Origin: Minisyncoccota bacterium
Lineage (GTDB): Bacteria > Patescibacteriota > Minisyncoccia > Phycocordibacterales > Phycocordibacteraceae
DNA length: 64,000 nucleotides
Reading direction: 5' to 3'
Assembly: GCA_035627595.1 (NCBI GenBank)
Contig: DASPLK010000001.1
Coordinates: 69,619-133,618 of the forward strand
Position numbers and translations under genes: made by a program. The notes below the pieces were generated by a model. That model ran no database searches and was not told where the DNA came from. It saw only the letters and a program-made list of their open reading frames with translations. Within the stretch, counting starts at the first letter, position 1. Every line of letters begins with the position of its first letter. Below are positions 19,002 through 28,001 of the stretch, in pieces.

Positions 19002-20005
19002 AGGCTTGGTACGGCAGCCGCCGCATCTTTAGCGCCCTTTACGAAGAAGTATCCGGTCGCACCCTGACCGATAGAGATGCCGTTGCCAGAGAAAAGTGTA
19101 TTAAGTTCTGCATACGCGCGCACCATCTGATCTGCTGCGCTTTTGTACTCGCTCATACCGAGCATGCCACGAAGTGGATCATTTTCTACGCTTGTCATGT
19201 TCTCGACGACAGTGCCCATGTATGCGATTGCATTTACAAAATTGAGGTGTGCCGACTGCGCTTCGTTTGGTACAGATATTTGAATGAGTGCAGCTGCAAT
19301 ATTTGTGTACGCACGAGAAATAGCACGCACTTGATTCATCGCACCCTCGTCTCCCTTCTGAACTGCTTCGGTGAAGTAGAAAAGTTCATTCTGGTCAGTG
19401 TCGACCGTGTTTTGTGTAAATGCTTCTTCCGCAGCGATAGCATATGCGCGGAGTGCCTCCTGTCCTGAACCTGAGACACGCACGCTTCCAAGTGAGTATG
19501 CCTTTACTGCTCGCTGCTTCGCGGCAAGGTCTGCGAGCGCATCCTGCATGAACGCATCTATCTCCTCTGCGGTCGGCGGGACGCCGCTTCGTGAGTTCAT
19601 GTAGTTTGTGAACAGGTCACGCGCAAATGCTCCGGTAACGGTATTGGCATCTGCATCAACGCCAGGGACGGTCACTTCGCCAGCAAGACCTGAAAGGTCG
19701 GTGCGGAACTTCGGCTCAAGGAGCCCTTGAGAGGAAGCTTCCCCATCGGTCATCTCAAGGCTGAACGAGTGCGCGTTATCAGGATCGGTTCCGTACAGTG
19801 ATTCCTGCCAATCCGGCAAGCCATCACTATCTGTGTCGCGCGAAGAGAACGCACGGAGAAGTTCCTCGGTTGACTCAGCGCCTGCGAGCTTTGAGGAAAA
19901 AATGGAAGGGCCCGAGAGCGCGTACGCGAGCGTCATCAATGCTCCCGTTATCACGAGCGAGCCGATGATGCGCAGGGTCCGCGTAGAAAGTGGAAGAGTA
20001 GGCAC
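18998..20005 (-). CDS. Membrane-anchored protein with a Ca-binding (TSP3-like) repeat
   Basis: N-terminal TM and DTDSDGLPDWQESLYGTDP; GTG start at 20005 chosen from TACCAT -10 located 7 nt upstream. Confidence 0.7.
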   Translation of the reverse strand: MPTLPLSTRTLRIIGSLVITGALMTLAYALSGPSIFSSKLAGAESTEELLRAFSSRDTDSDGLPDWQESLYGTDPDNAHSFSLEMTDGEASSQGLLEPKFRTDLSGLAGEVTVPGVDADANTVTGAFARDLFTNYMNSRSGVPPTAEEIDAFMQDALADLAAKQRAVKAYSLGSVRVSGSGQEALRAYAIAAEEAFTQNTVDTDQNELFYFTEAVQKGDEGAMNQVRAISRAYTNIAAALIQISVPNEAQSAHLNFVNAIAYMGTVVENMTSVENDPLRGMLGMSEYKSAADQMVRAYAELNTLFSGNGISIGQGATGYFFVKGAKDAAAAVPSL

Positions 20006-20062
20006 TATATATATGGTATCACGCACAAGTTGTGCGCTTCACTACTTGTACATGTGTATTAC

Positions 20063-20845
20063 TCAATCCTTGAGCGACTCCGCAAGTGCGGTCCATCCAG
20101 CAAGCGGTACATCTTCTGGACGGATATCCTCGTGAAGCAGGGCTGCGGCAAAGGCTTCCTGAATATCCCCTTTCTCCGCGACTGCCTCGAGGTTCTTCAT
20201 AAGCCGCTTCCTTTTATGTGCGAATCCAGCGCGGAGAATAGCAAAAAAGCGTGCTTCCTGGTTGGGGCTTTGAAACGTCGCAGTGATATCTCGTACCGAA
20301 AGTACGGCAGAATCTACCTTTGGTGCAGGCACAAAGGCGCCTTTCGGGACGGTGAACTCATACTTAGGCGTGCCATATGCCTTCACGGATAGAGATAAAA
20401 GGCTCTCTTTCTCGCTTCTCGCGACCCGCTCGGCAACCTCCTTCTGAACGAGGAGTGTCATGGATGAGGGTTTATGGGTGGTTGTTAAGAACTGGCGGAC
20501 GATCTCACCAGTGATGTAGTACGGGATATTGGCGACCAGTAGATAGGGGCCGTCTATAGTACTTGGGTCAAACTTCCGTACGTCTATATGTATAAGGACC
20601 AGCTTTCCGCTAGCTATCTCTTCCGCAAAGGTAGCTTCTAACCGCGGGATGAGTTCAGCATCGGTCTCAACCGCATATACCTTCCCTGCCTTTGCTAGGA
20701 GCTCACGTGTCAGTACGCCAGTGCCTGGTCCGATCTCGAGCACGGTATCTCTTTCAGTTACATTTGCCGCAAGCACAATACGCTCACTCGTCTGGCGGTG
20801 CATTAGAAAATGTTGACCGAGCCCTTTCTTTGCAGAGAGATGCAT
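20063..20845 (-). CDS. rsmA: 16S rRNA dimethyladenosine methyltransferase
   Basis: AKKGLGQHFL, VLEIGPGTG, VANIPYYIT, QKEVAER, PAPKVDS. Confidence 0.96.
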   Translation of the reverse strand: MHLSAKKGLGQHFLMHRQTSERIVLAANVTERDTVLEIGPGTGVLTRELLAKAGKVYAVETDAELIPRLEATFAEEIASGKLVLIHIDVRKFDPSTIDGPYLLVANIPYYITGEIVRQFLTTTHKPSSMTLLVQKEVAERVARSEKESLLSLSVKAYGTPKYEFTVPKGAFVPAPKVDSAVLSVRDITATFQSPNQEARFFAILRAGFAHKRKRLMKNLEAVAEKGDIQEAFAAALLHEDIRPEDVPLAGWTALAESLKD

Positions 20846-22761
20846 CATGCCTCTATGATAAAGCCATCATCATCACCGTATGCATTGGTATGTTCCATAA
20901 GGGACGCATCTATGTCATGGAGGAATTGCGATGGCTCTTGCAGATAATCAGTGCCGTAGATGCGACGTACGCGTGCCATGGAGAGTATGAGGCACTTACG
21001 TGCGCGTGTAACCGCAACGTAGAACAGTCGGCGCTCCTCTTCCTCGTCTCGATCTTCATCCCCGCCCATACCCTCGTGTGGAAAGAGTCCTTCCTCAAGT
21101 CCTGCAACGAATACGATATCGAACTCAAGGCCCTTGGCAGCGTGCACCGTCATTAATGTAACGCCCGACTTACCTGGCCGATCCATCTCGTCCTGATCTC
21201 CCGCGAGCGCAGCATCTGCAAGAAACGCGGCAATACCCTCTTCGCCAGTTAGGTAGTCGTAACGTGCCGCGAGCGTCGCAAGTTCTTTTGCATTCTCAAG
21301 CCGCTCCTTGTCCTCCTCGCTCCCCTTCGCAAGCGTATCCTCGATGCCGCTTCTTTGAATGACTGTTCGCACAAATACGGAGGGCGTCGCGCCTGGAAGA
21401 AACGCGTTCAATCCGTATACGATTTCCTCGAACGCCTCAACTTTCGTTTTCTCCCCAGCTCGTAGTTCGGAGCGCTTTCCGGCCGTAAGCTTGCCCAGTG
21501 TTACTTTGCCAATGCCACGCGAGGGAAACTGCACGGCACGCATGCGGTCTGCTTCACGTGCAGGATCGAGCGCGAGCCTAACCCAGCTCAGCACATCCTT
21601 CACCTCCTTACGATCAAAGAAGCGCGTACCTAGGAGGCGGTATGGTACCTGTTCATGTAGGAATGCTTCTTCGATTGCGCGCGACTGGAAGTTTGTGCGG
21701 AATAGCACCGCGACCTCTTCAGGTGCGACACCAGCGCGTATGCGGCGCTTCGTTTCTTTTGCAATCCACAGTGCTTCGCGCTCCGAGGTATCTGCCATGT
21801 GGAGCATGATGCGATCACCATAATCGTTGCCGGTTACAGATACCTTCTCCTTGCGGTTGCGGTTCTTCTCTATGATCTGATTTGCTGCTTCAACAATTGT
21901 TTTGGTTGAGCGGTAGTTGTGCTCGAGAATAATTGTCTTCGCATTTGGGTATGCGTGATCAAACGAGAGAAGGTTGTCGATAGTCGCACCGCGCCATGTG
22001 TAGATAGTCTGGTCGATATCACCTACGACAAACAGATTCTTTCGCTCACCGCACAAAAGTGCCGCAAGTCTTCCCTGCAGTTCGTTCGTGTCCTGAAACT
22101 CATCGATATGTATGAAATGGAATCGCTCTTGCACCTCTTTGCGCACATCTGCATGCTCTTCTAAGAGTCGCACAGGCAAGCAGATGAGATCATCAAAATC
22201 GAGTGCTTTCTCCTTCTTCAGAGTGCTCTCGTATCTGGCCCATGCTTCCGCAGCGATACGACTCTTGAAACTCTCTCGAGAATGCTTCTCGCGGAACGAT
22301 GAGAGCGTGTACCCTTCGCTTTTCGCTTTAGAGATGCGGCTTAGGATGGAACGCGGCGGCACTTCCTTTGGATCCACATCAAGTGCCTTCAAGGCTTCCT
22401 TTATCGCACGCTCCGAATCATCGCGGTCGAAGATGGTGAAATAACGAGGCACATCCAAGGGGCGACCGTACTTCTCAAGGATCTCGCGGCCAAGCCCGTG
22501 AAAAGTGGCGACAAATGGAAGAGATGCACCTTCAAGTCTATGGGAGAGGCGCTCTTTCATCTCGCGAGCGGCCTTATTAGTGAAAGTAACCGCAAGGATG
22601 TTTTCCGGAAGCACGCCCTCACGGATAAGATGGTAGATGCGAGTGGTCAGCACCTTTGTTTTGCCAGATCCAGCGCCGGCGAGCACGGAAACCGGGCCGT
22701 GGGTAGCGAGGACAGCTTCCTTCTGTCGATCGTTCAATCCTTCGAGGTACGTCACCAGCAC
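20845..22761 (-). CDS. UvrD/PcrA-family DNA helicase (C-terminal domain short or absent)
   Basis: AGAGSGKT, TFTNKAA, DEFQDTN, VGDIDQTIY, NYRST, HAAKGLEF, EEERRLFYVA. Confidence 0.95.
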   Translation of the reverse strand: MLVTYLEGLNDRQKEAVLATHGPVSVLAGAGSGKTKVLTTRIYHLIREGVLPENILAVTFTNKAAREMKERLSHRLEGASLPFVATFHGLGREILEKYGRPLDVPRYFTIFDRDDSERAIKEALKALDVDPKEVPPRSILSRISKAKSEGYTLSSFREKHSRESFKSRIAAEAWARYESTLKKEKALDFDDLICLPVRLLEEHADVRKEVQERFHFIHIDEFQDTNELQGRLAALLCGERKNLFVVGDIDQTIYTWRGATIDNLLSFDHAYPNAKTIILEHNYRSTKTIVEAANQIIEKNRNRKEKVSVTGNDYGDRIMLHMADTSEREALWIAKETKRRIRAGVAPEEVAVLFRTNFQSRAIEEAFLHEQVPYRLLGTRFFDRKEVKDVLSWVRLALDPAREADRMRAVQFPSRGIGKVTLGKLTAGKRSELRAGEKTKVEAFEEIVYGLNAFLPGATPSVFVRTVIQRSGIEDTLAKGSEEDKERLENAKELATLAARYDYLTGEEGIAAFLADAALAGDQDEMDRPGKSGVTLMTVHAAKGLEFDIVFVAGLEEGLFPHEGMGGDEDRDEEEERRLFYVAVTRARKCLILSMARVRRIYGTDYLQEPSQFLHDIDASLMEHTNAYGDDDGFIIEA

Positions 22762-22868
22762 ACTATACTCGCTGACCCCGTTATCCCCCTAGTTTTGATA
22801 CTGGCATCCCTTCACATATCCCCGAAAGTGGGTCGTAGCTCGTTTTCAACATCTCTTCATACAAACCG

Positions 22869-22896
22869 TTGACCCGACACTTGAGCACGGTATACT
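22869..22896 (+). promoter_or_regulatory. Sigma70-type promoter for the LysM/M23 gene
   Basis: TTGACC-16 nt-TATACT. Confidence 0.6.
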
Positions 22897-23023
22897 TCCC
22901 TAGTCGTCTGATACGGTTGATTGAAAGAATGGCTTAGGTAAGCCATTTTGTATTCTGAAGAAACGCTGAAGTGCCTACTCCCGACTTATAACGTCTTTCA
23001 ATAAAACTTCCGATTCCACCCTT

Positions 23024-24064
23024 GTGCGCAGTAATCGGAACGCATACTGGGCCCTGAGCCTCGTTGCTGTAGTTACTACCGCAACCGGCGTCATTTACCT
23101 CTCGCTTGCGCCTACGGCCGGCGCGTTCTGGCCTTTCTCTGTAAGCCGCGCTGCTGGCGATACCGCTATGATCCACAACCCGGGACAGGTGGAGCTTCTT
23201 TCCTCTACCCTCTCGAATGCCCAGGGCGGCGCAGATATTGCCGTTTCCGGTGGTTCGGCCCTTATGGCCAATACCGGACCTGGCGGAAGCGTCTCCTATG
23301 TTGAGAGTCGTCCGGCAAAGGGCGCAATTACTACCTATGCTGTTAAGGAGGGCGATTCCCTCTCTGAGATTGCCTCATCCCACGGCGTATCTACCAATAC
23401 TGTCCTTTGGGCCAACGATATCAGTGACGCCTCCCTCATAAAGCCGGGCATGGAGCTTATTATCCTTCCGGTTTCAGGTATTCAGTACAAGGTGAAGTCA
23501 GGCGATACTTTGGGCAGCATCGCCAAGAAGTACTCGGGCGAGGCTGGCGATATCGCCTCCTATAACGGCCTTTCAGTAGGCGCTGCCCTTACCGAGGGCA
23601 CGGTACTCATCATTCCGGGCGGTGAGCTTGCGGAGGCACCTGCTAAGAAGGCTGCTGTGTCCTCTTCATCCTCAAAGAAAGCATCTCCAAAGGCAGCACG
23701 CGCCCTTCCAGCTCTCTCCGGCTACTTTGGTAATCCGCTCCCCGGCGGAAAGCTCTCCCAGGGCATCCATGGCTATAACGGTGTTGATATCGCAGCCCCG
23801 TCCGGTACACCGATATACGCAGCAGCAGCAGGCTCTGTTATTGTCGCGAAGAACGGTGGATACAATGGCGGCTACGGCAGCTATGTGGTCATCAGTCACG
23901 GCAACGGTACCCAGACCCTGTATGCGCACATGTCCTCAGTTGCTGCAGGCGGAGGTGCTGTCGAGAAGGGCGCCCTGATTGGTTATGTGGGTAACACAGG
24001 TAAATCAACCGGTAACCATCTCCACTTCGAGGTCCGCGGCGCAAAGAACCCGTACGCAAACTAA
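23024..24064 (+). CDS. LysM-LysM-M23 peptidoglycan endopeptidase
   Basis: Two LysM repeats (YAVKEGDSLSEIA, YKVKSGDTLGSIA); HGYNGVD, YAHM and HLHFE zinc motifs. Confidence 0.93.
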   Translation: MRSNRNAYWALSLVAVVTTATGVIYLSLAPTAGAFWPFSVSRAAGDTAMIHNPGQVELLSSTLSNAQGGADIAVSGGSALMANTGPGGSVSYVESRPAKGAITTYAVKEGDSLSEIASSHGVSTNTVLWANDISDASLIKPGMELIILPVSGIQYKVKSGDTLGSIAKKYSGEAGDIASYNGLSVGAALTEGTVLIIPGGELAEAPAKKAAVSSSSSKKASPKAARALPALSGYFGNPLPGGKLSQGIHGYNGVDIAAPSGTPIYAAAAGSVIVAKNGGYNGGYGSYVVISHGNGTQTLYAHMSSVAAGGGAVEKGALIGYVGNTGKSTGNHLHFEVRGAKNPYAN

Positions 24065-24094
24065 AAACGCCTCCTTAAAGGAGGCGTTTTTAGT
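24060..24094 (+). terminator. Intrinsic terminator
   Basis: ACTAAAAACGCCTCCTT-A-AAGGAGGCGTTTTTAGT. Confidence 0.85.
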
Positions 24095-24189
24095 TCCTCA
24101 TTACCGGTTCAGGTAAAGAGAGTATGATATGAACGGAGCAGGGACCGCCACTTCTGGCGGTCCCTGCGTTTTTCACATGAGATAGCTAG

Positions 24190-24540
24190 TTACACCATGT
24201 GCGCCTTGCAGGTTTTTGCTGCAGGGTCCGCATTCAAACGGTCCTCCTCGATCTCCTCTCCTCCTACTGTACAGGTGCCATACGTGTCGTCCTCGACGCG
24301 CTTTAGTGCTGCAAGGACATCGTTATAGCGGTTTTCTAGGTCGGCAAGGATGGCTGCGTTCTCACTGTATCCTTCCATCTGGTCTGCAGCATCATTTGGG
24401 TCTGCGGCATGCTCGCCTTCCGGTGGGACTGCTTCCCAGTCAGCTGGGTTACTTGGGTTCCTGCGGCCGAGCGTTTGAAGCTCAGCCTCAAGCCTCTCCT
24501 TCTCTTCGGTGAGGCGGGTCGAAAATGCGGTGGTATCCAT
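24190..24540 (-). CDS. DksA/TraR-family protein with degenerate zinc finger
   Basis: Coiled coil with DPNDAA tip; ALKRVEDDTYGTC..G.EI...RL.ADP.A.TC..H. Confidence 0.88.
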   Translation of the reverse strand: MDTTAFSTRLTEEKERLEAELQTLGRRNPSNPADWEAVPPEGEHAADPNDAADQMEGYSENAAILADLENRYNDVLAALKRVEDDTYGTCTVGGEEIEEDRLNADPAAKTCKAHMV

Positions 24541-24574
24541 GAGCGGAACTGTACCACACAGAGACGCTTCCCTT

Positions 24575-26140
24575 CTACTGTCCGCTCGTGTTGAGGCGCG
24601 ATACCAGTTCGAGGAACGCCGCTTCGTCACGGGCAATAATTAGCGTTTCCTTATCCTTGTATCCGTAAAGCATGAGGCTCCTGCCATCTGCATCTCTCAA
24701 AATGCGTACGTCGTAGTTGCGGACGACTGCATCAGCGAACGAGGCAGGTGCTCTACGTACTGGCGGCGGTTCGACAGCTGTGGTGGTCGTCGCGGTCGTA
24801 GTCTCAATTGGCGCCTCAACCGGCGCATTTGGGTATGACGGATACAGAAGTGAGAGTGACGAGCGCATTCCAGGCTCCCAGGCGAGCATGCCAGCGAACG
24901 TACGCTCGAACGAAGAAACCTTAAGTATAAAGAACGGGCGCGTTTCCGCTCCTGCGTGAATGACACCTACCGTGCTCTCTGGGCGTATGTTACGCATGAG
25001 AATATCAGGCGCGTTGAGTGCGAGCGCTTTCACGAGTGCACCTCCCGGCTGCGGCAGTTCAATTGGCAAACCCTTTGTGGTTGAGGACGCGGAGGTGGTG
25101 TAAGTGACGAGTACATTGCCCGATACGAGCGGCTCCTCAGCAACAGAACGAAGCGCAAGTATAAGCTCCGTGCCAGTTACCCCCTCAAGCTTTACGGTCT
25201 CATCCGCCTCGATCAGAGACGGCACACCCTGAGTCACAACAACCGCTTCTGGGCGTGTGAGGTAGTAGAAGACGCCGAAAGAAAGCGTACCAACACCAGC
25301 AACCACAAACAGCACAGCGATTATTGCCGTCGGCTTCACCTGACGTCGATATGTTTTGGTGCTGCGAACGACTGAGCGCGGCTGCGCATCAGCTTGTGCC
25401 GCAAGTACGGAGAACGTGGATGCCCCCTTGCTATCAATGCGATCTGCAAAGTCTGTCGTATAGCTATGAAACGGCTCTGCCTTCTTTGGAGCTGGTGGTG
25501 GAGGCGGTGGCGGAGGCGGTGGCGGTGGCGGGGCGGGCTCAAATACAGGCGTGACAGCTGGAGCCTGCTCGCGTTCCTGTGCCCGCGTTTTCAAGCGTGC
25601 AAGTATTGATTCGCGTGTGGCGTCGGCAGCAGGTGCCATAGACATCGTGGAGATCGGTGCTGGTGTCGGCTTGGCTGCCGGGGGCATCGATACAGGCGCT
25701 GTACCCTGCTCTCGCATCATCGCCTGTTGCTTTAAGCGTGCAAGTATTGATTCGCGTGTGGCGTCGGCAGCAGGTGCCATAGACATCGTCGAGACAGATG
25801 CTGGCACGGGTACAGACGCCGGTACTGGTCCTTGCTTTTCTTGTTCGAATACAGAGACCGAGCCCATGCTCTGGTCGTCAGAGAGATCGAGCGGCTCGTC
25901 GCCGGTCTTTATGAGACGGTCCTGAGTTATGAGTGACTCGTCGACTTCTGGAAGAGTGACACCGTCAGTAGTCTGCGCTGCAGGTGTCATCGACATCGTC
26001 GAGACCGGCGCAGATGATACTGCTGGTTGAGCCGGTTGAGTACCCTGCGCTTGTGAAAGCGCAGCCATATCTTTCGCATACGTACGCATGTACTTCGATG
26101 CGTCTATGGTCTCTTCAGGCTGATCCGGTGGTGTACTCAT
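24575..26140 (-). CDS. Bitopic membrane protein with low-complexity, repeat-containing cytoplasmic region
   Basis: MRTYAKDM N-motif, duplicated segment, poly-Pro, one TM, C-domain with AGMLAWE. Confidence 0.8.
   Translation of the reverse strand: MSTPPDQPEETIDASKYMRTYAKDMAALSQAQGTQPAQPAVSSAPVSTMSMTPAAQTTDGVTLPEVDESLITQDRLIKTGDEPLDLSDDQSMGSVSVFEQEKQGPVPASVPVPASVSTMSMAPAADATRESILARLKQQAMMREQGTAPVSMPPAAKPTPAPISTMSMAPAADATRESILARLKTRAQEREQAPAVTPVFEPAPPPPPPPPPPPPPAPKKAEPFHSYTTDFADRIDSKGASTFSVLAAQADAQPRSVVRSTKTYRRQVKPTAIIAVLFVVAGVGTLSFGVFYYLTRPEAVVVTQGVPSLIEADETVKLEGVTGTELILALRSVAEEPLVSGNVLVTYTTSASSTTKGLPIELPQPGGALVKALALNAPDILMRNIRPESTVGVIHAGAETRPFFILKVSSFERTFAGMLAWEPGMRSSLSLLYPSYPNAPVEAPIETTTATTTTAVEPPPVRRAPASFADAVVRNYDVRILRDADGRSLMLYGYKDKETLIIARDEAAFLELVSRLNTSGQ
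25593..25789. repeat. 56-bp identical direct repeat (25593-25648 and 25734-25789)
   Basis: AAGCGTGCAAGTATTGATTCGCGTGTGGCGTCGGCAGCAGGTGCCATAGACATCGT occurs twice; a partial third copy lies near 25980-26005. Confidence 0.9.
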
Positions 26141-26209
26141 GCAATATGCAATCCGTGTATACGGATTATACCTGCTCTAGGCAGATGAACGGTGCGTTGA
26201 CCTTAACTT

Positions 26210-26725
26210 CTATCCGCGACCACCGATGAGGTATCGCTTCGGATCCTCGCACATGTCCGTGAAAGCATGTGCGGCCTCCTTCAATTTCTGAGAAGATGAG
26301 CGGCCGAACGAAATTACCTCAACCTGACAACCTTCGTTCATATCGAGGTACTCAATTAGAGGCACGAAGTCACCGTCACCGGTTGCAAGGATAACGGTGT
26401 CCAGTTTTGGTGCGAGCTTCACTGCGTCGATCGCAAGACCGACATCCCAGTCAGCTTTCTTTGCGCCATCAGAAAATACCTGAAGGCCCTTAACCTTGGT
26501 CTCGATGCCAATCTTGGTGAGGGCGTCGAAAAAGTTCGACTCTTCCCCGCTCTCGGTCGAGATGACGTAGGCGATGGCGCGCACGAGAGTGCGGCCCCCT
26601 ACGGCCTCGTTGAGGACGTTGGCGAAGTTAACGCGCGTCTTATAAAGATGCTTGGCGCTGTGGTAGAGGTTCTGAGTGTCTATGAAAACCCCAACACGCT
26701 GCGCCGGGTGCTTGATTACCGGCAT
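26210..26725 (-). CDS. NYN-domain (LabA/DUF88, PIN-like) protein
   Basis: VFIDTQNLY, KKADWDVGLAID, LATGDGDFVPL. Confidence 0.9.
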   Translation of the reverse strand: MPVIKHPAQRVGVFIDTQNLYHSAKHLYKTRVNFANVLNEAVGGRTLVRAIAYVISTESGEESNFFDALTKIGIETKVKGLQVFSDGAKKADWDVGLAIDAVKLAPKLDTVILATGDGDFVPLIEYLDMNEGCQVEVISFGRSSSQKLKEAAHAFTDMCEDPKRYLIGGRG

Positions 26726-26831
26726 ATGGGTGTGATGAATGTGTATTAAAACTGTGCGAGAGGCGCACGTATATATGGTAGCACCTGCTTACTGAGGAAA
26801 AGGCGAAAAGCAGCTCATGGCTGCTTTTCGA

Positions 26832-27098
26832 TTACTTCTTGAGACCGGTCTTCTTCAAAACCGCGTTGTAGCGGCGCTTGTCGTTCCTCTCGAGGTAACG
26901 AAGATGCGCCCTACGATCTGCGACCATCTGGAGAAGGCCGCGACGTGAGTGGAAATCCTTAGGATTCTTCTTGAGGTGTTTGGTAAGATCCTCAATCTGA
27001 CGGCTAAGGACAGCCACCTGCACCTCGGCAGAGCCGTTATCGGTCTCATGACGTGCCGCGTTCTTAATAACGGCTGTCTTCACTCGTTTCGTAAGCAT
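26832..27098 (-). CDS. rpsO: 30S ribosomal protein S15
   Basis: HETDNGSAEVQVA...HLKKNPKDFHSRRGLL. Confidence 0.97.
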   Translation of the reverse strand: MLTKRVKTAVIKNAARHETDNGSAEVQVAVLSRQIEDLTKHLKKNPKDFHSRRGLLQMVADRRAHLRYLERNDKRRYNAVLKKTGLKK

Positions 27099-27159
27099 TG
27101 ACGTAACCTTACCACACCTTGATTAAAAGCGCAAGTGTGTTCCCGTAGGAGCCGCCGCC

Positions 27160-27930
27160 TTACTCACCTCCCCCGGAACGACGCCCAAAGCCCTCAAGAG
27201 CCTTCAAGATCTCCATAGGTACCGCAAAAACAACCGTATTGGACTGATCTGAGGATATATCGTTAATGGATTGCAGGGTTCTTAAGTGCAATGCTCCCGG
27301 AACATTCGATAGAACCTGTGCCGCTTGAGCCATATTCTGAGATGCTGCCAGCTCGCCTTCAGAGGTAATGATGACCGCGCGCTTCTCACGCTCGGCTTCC
27401 GCCTGTTTCGCGATGGTGCGTTCCATATTCTCGGGCAAGGAAACATCCTTCAATTCCACGTTTTGCACTTTGAGCCCCCAGGCATCGGTCTCAAGATCGA
27501 CGATCTCCCGAATACGGTCAGCGATACGGTCGCGGCTGGAGAGGAGCTCATCGAGCGTTACCTCACCAACGATATTACGCATGGTGGTCTGTGCGTATTG
27601 GCTGATTGCATAGCGGAAGTCCTCCACCACGACGATGGCTTTCTCAGCATCCGAAACGTTGTAGTAGATGACCGCGTTCACTCGTACCGGAACGTTGTCC
27701 TTAGTAATTGCGTTCTGATCCGGCACATCAACTGCTTTCGTGCGAATATCCACCTTCTGAAAGGTCTGAAAGACGGGGATGATAATGCGCCAACCCGGCT
27801 CCATGATTCCTGAGAACCGGCCCATAGTGAATCGCACGCCGCGTTCGTACTGATTTATCTGCTTGATGAGTGCGATAAGAACAACAATAGCTATTGGTAT
27901 TAGGATGGGAAGCGAGAATAGGAATTCCAT
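27160..27930 (-). CDS. SPFH/stomatin-like protein
   Basis: QYERGVRF.MGR, ITKDNV, AQTTMRN, VELKDV, AEAEREKRA. Confidence 0.93.
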   Translation of the reverse strand: MEFLFSLPILIPIAIVVLIALIKQINQYERGVRFTMGRFSGIMEPGWRIIIPVFQTFQKVDIRTKAVDVPDQNAITKDNVPVRVNAVIYYNVSDAEKAIVVVEDFRYAISQYAQTTMRNIVGEVTLDELLSSRDRIADRIREIVDLETDAWGLKVQNVELKDVSLPENMERTIAKQAEAEREKRAVIITSEGELAASQNMAQAAQVLSNVPGALHLRTLQSINDISSDQSNTVVFAVPMEILKALEGFGRRSGGGE

Positions 27931-28001
27931 ATGCTTCCATACTATCAGGGAAGCGTGTCACACGGGTGAAGCAATATTGTGCGAAATGCTAAGATTTACG
28001 T

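Noticed and set aside
7923-20005. Integrated conjugative element
   Set aside because: No relaxase, coupling protein, flanking integrase or att repeats; host-like composition; flanked by yidC and rsmA.
24169-24184. Isolated parS-like TTTTTCACATGAGATA
   Set aside because: Four mismatches and overlap with a terminator T-tract; could be chance.
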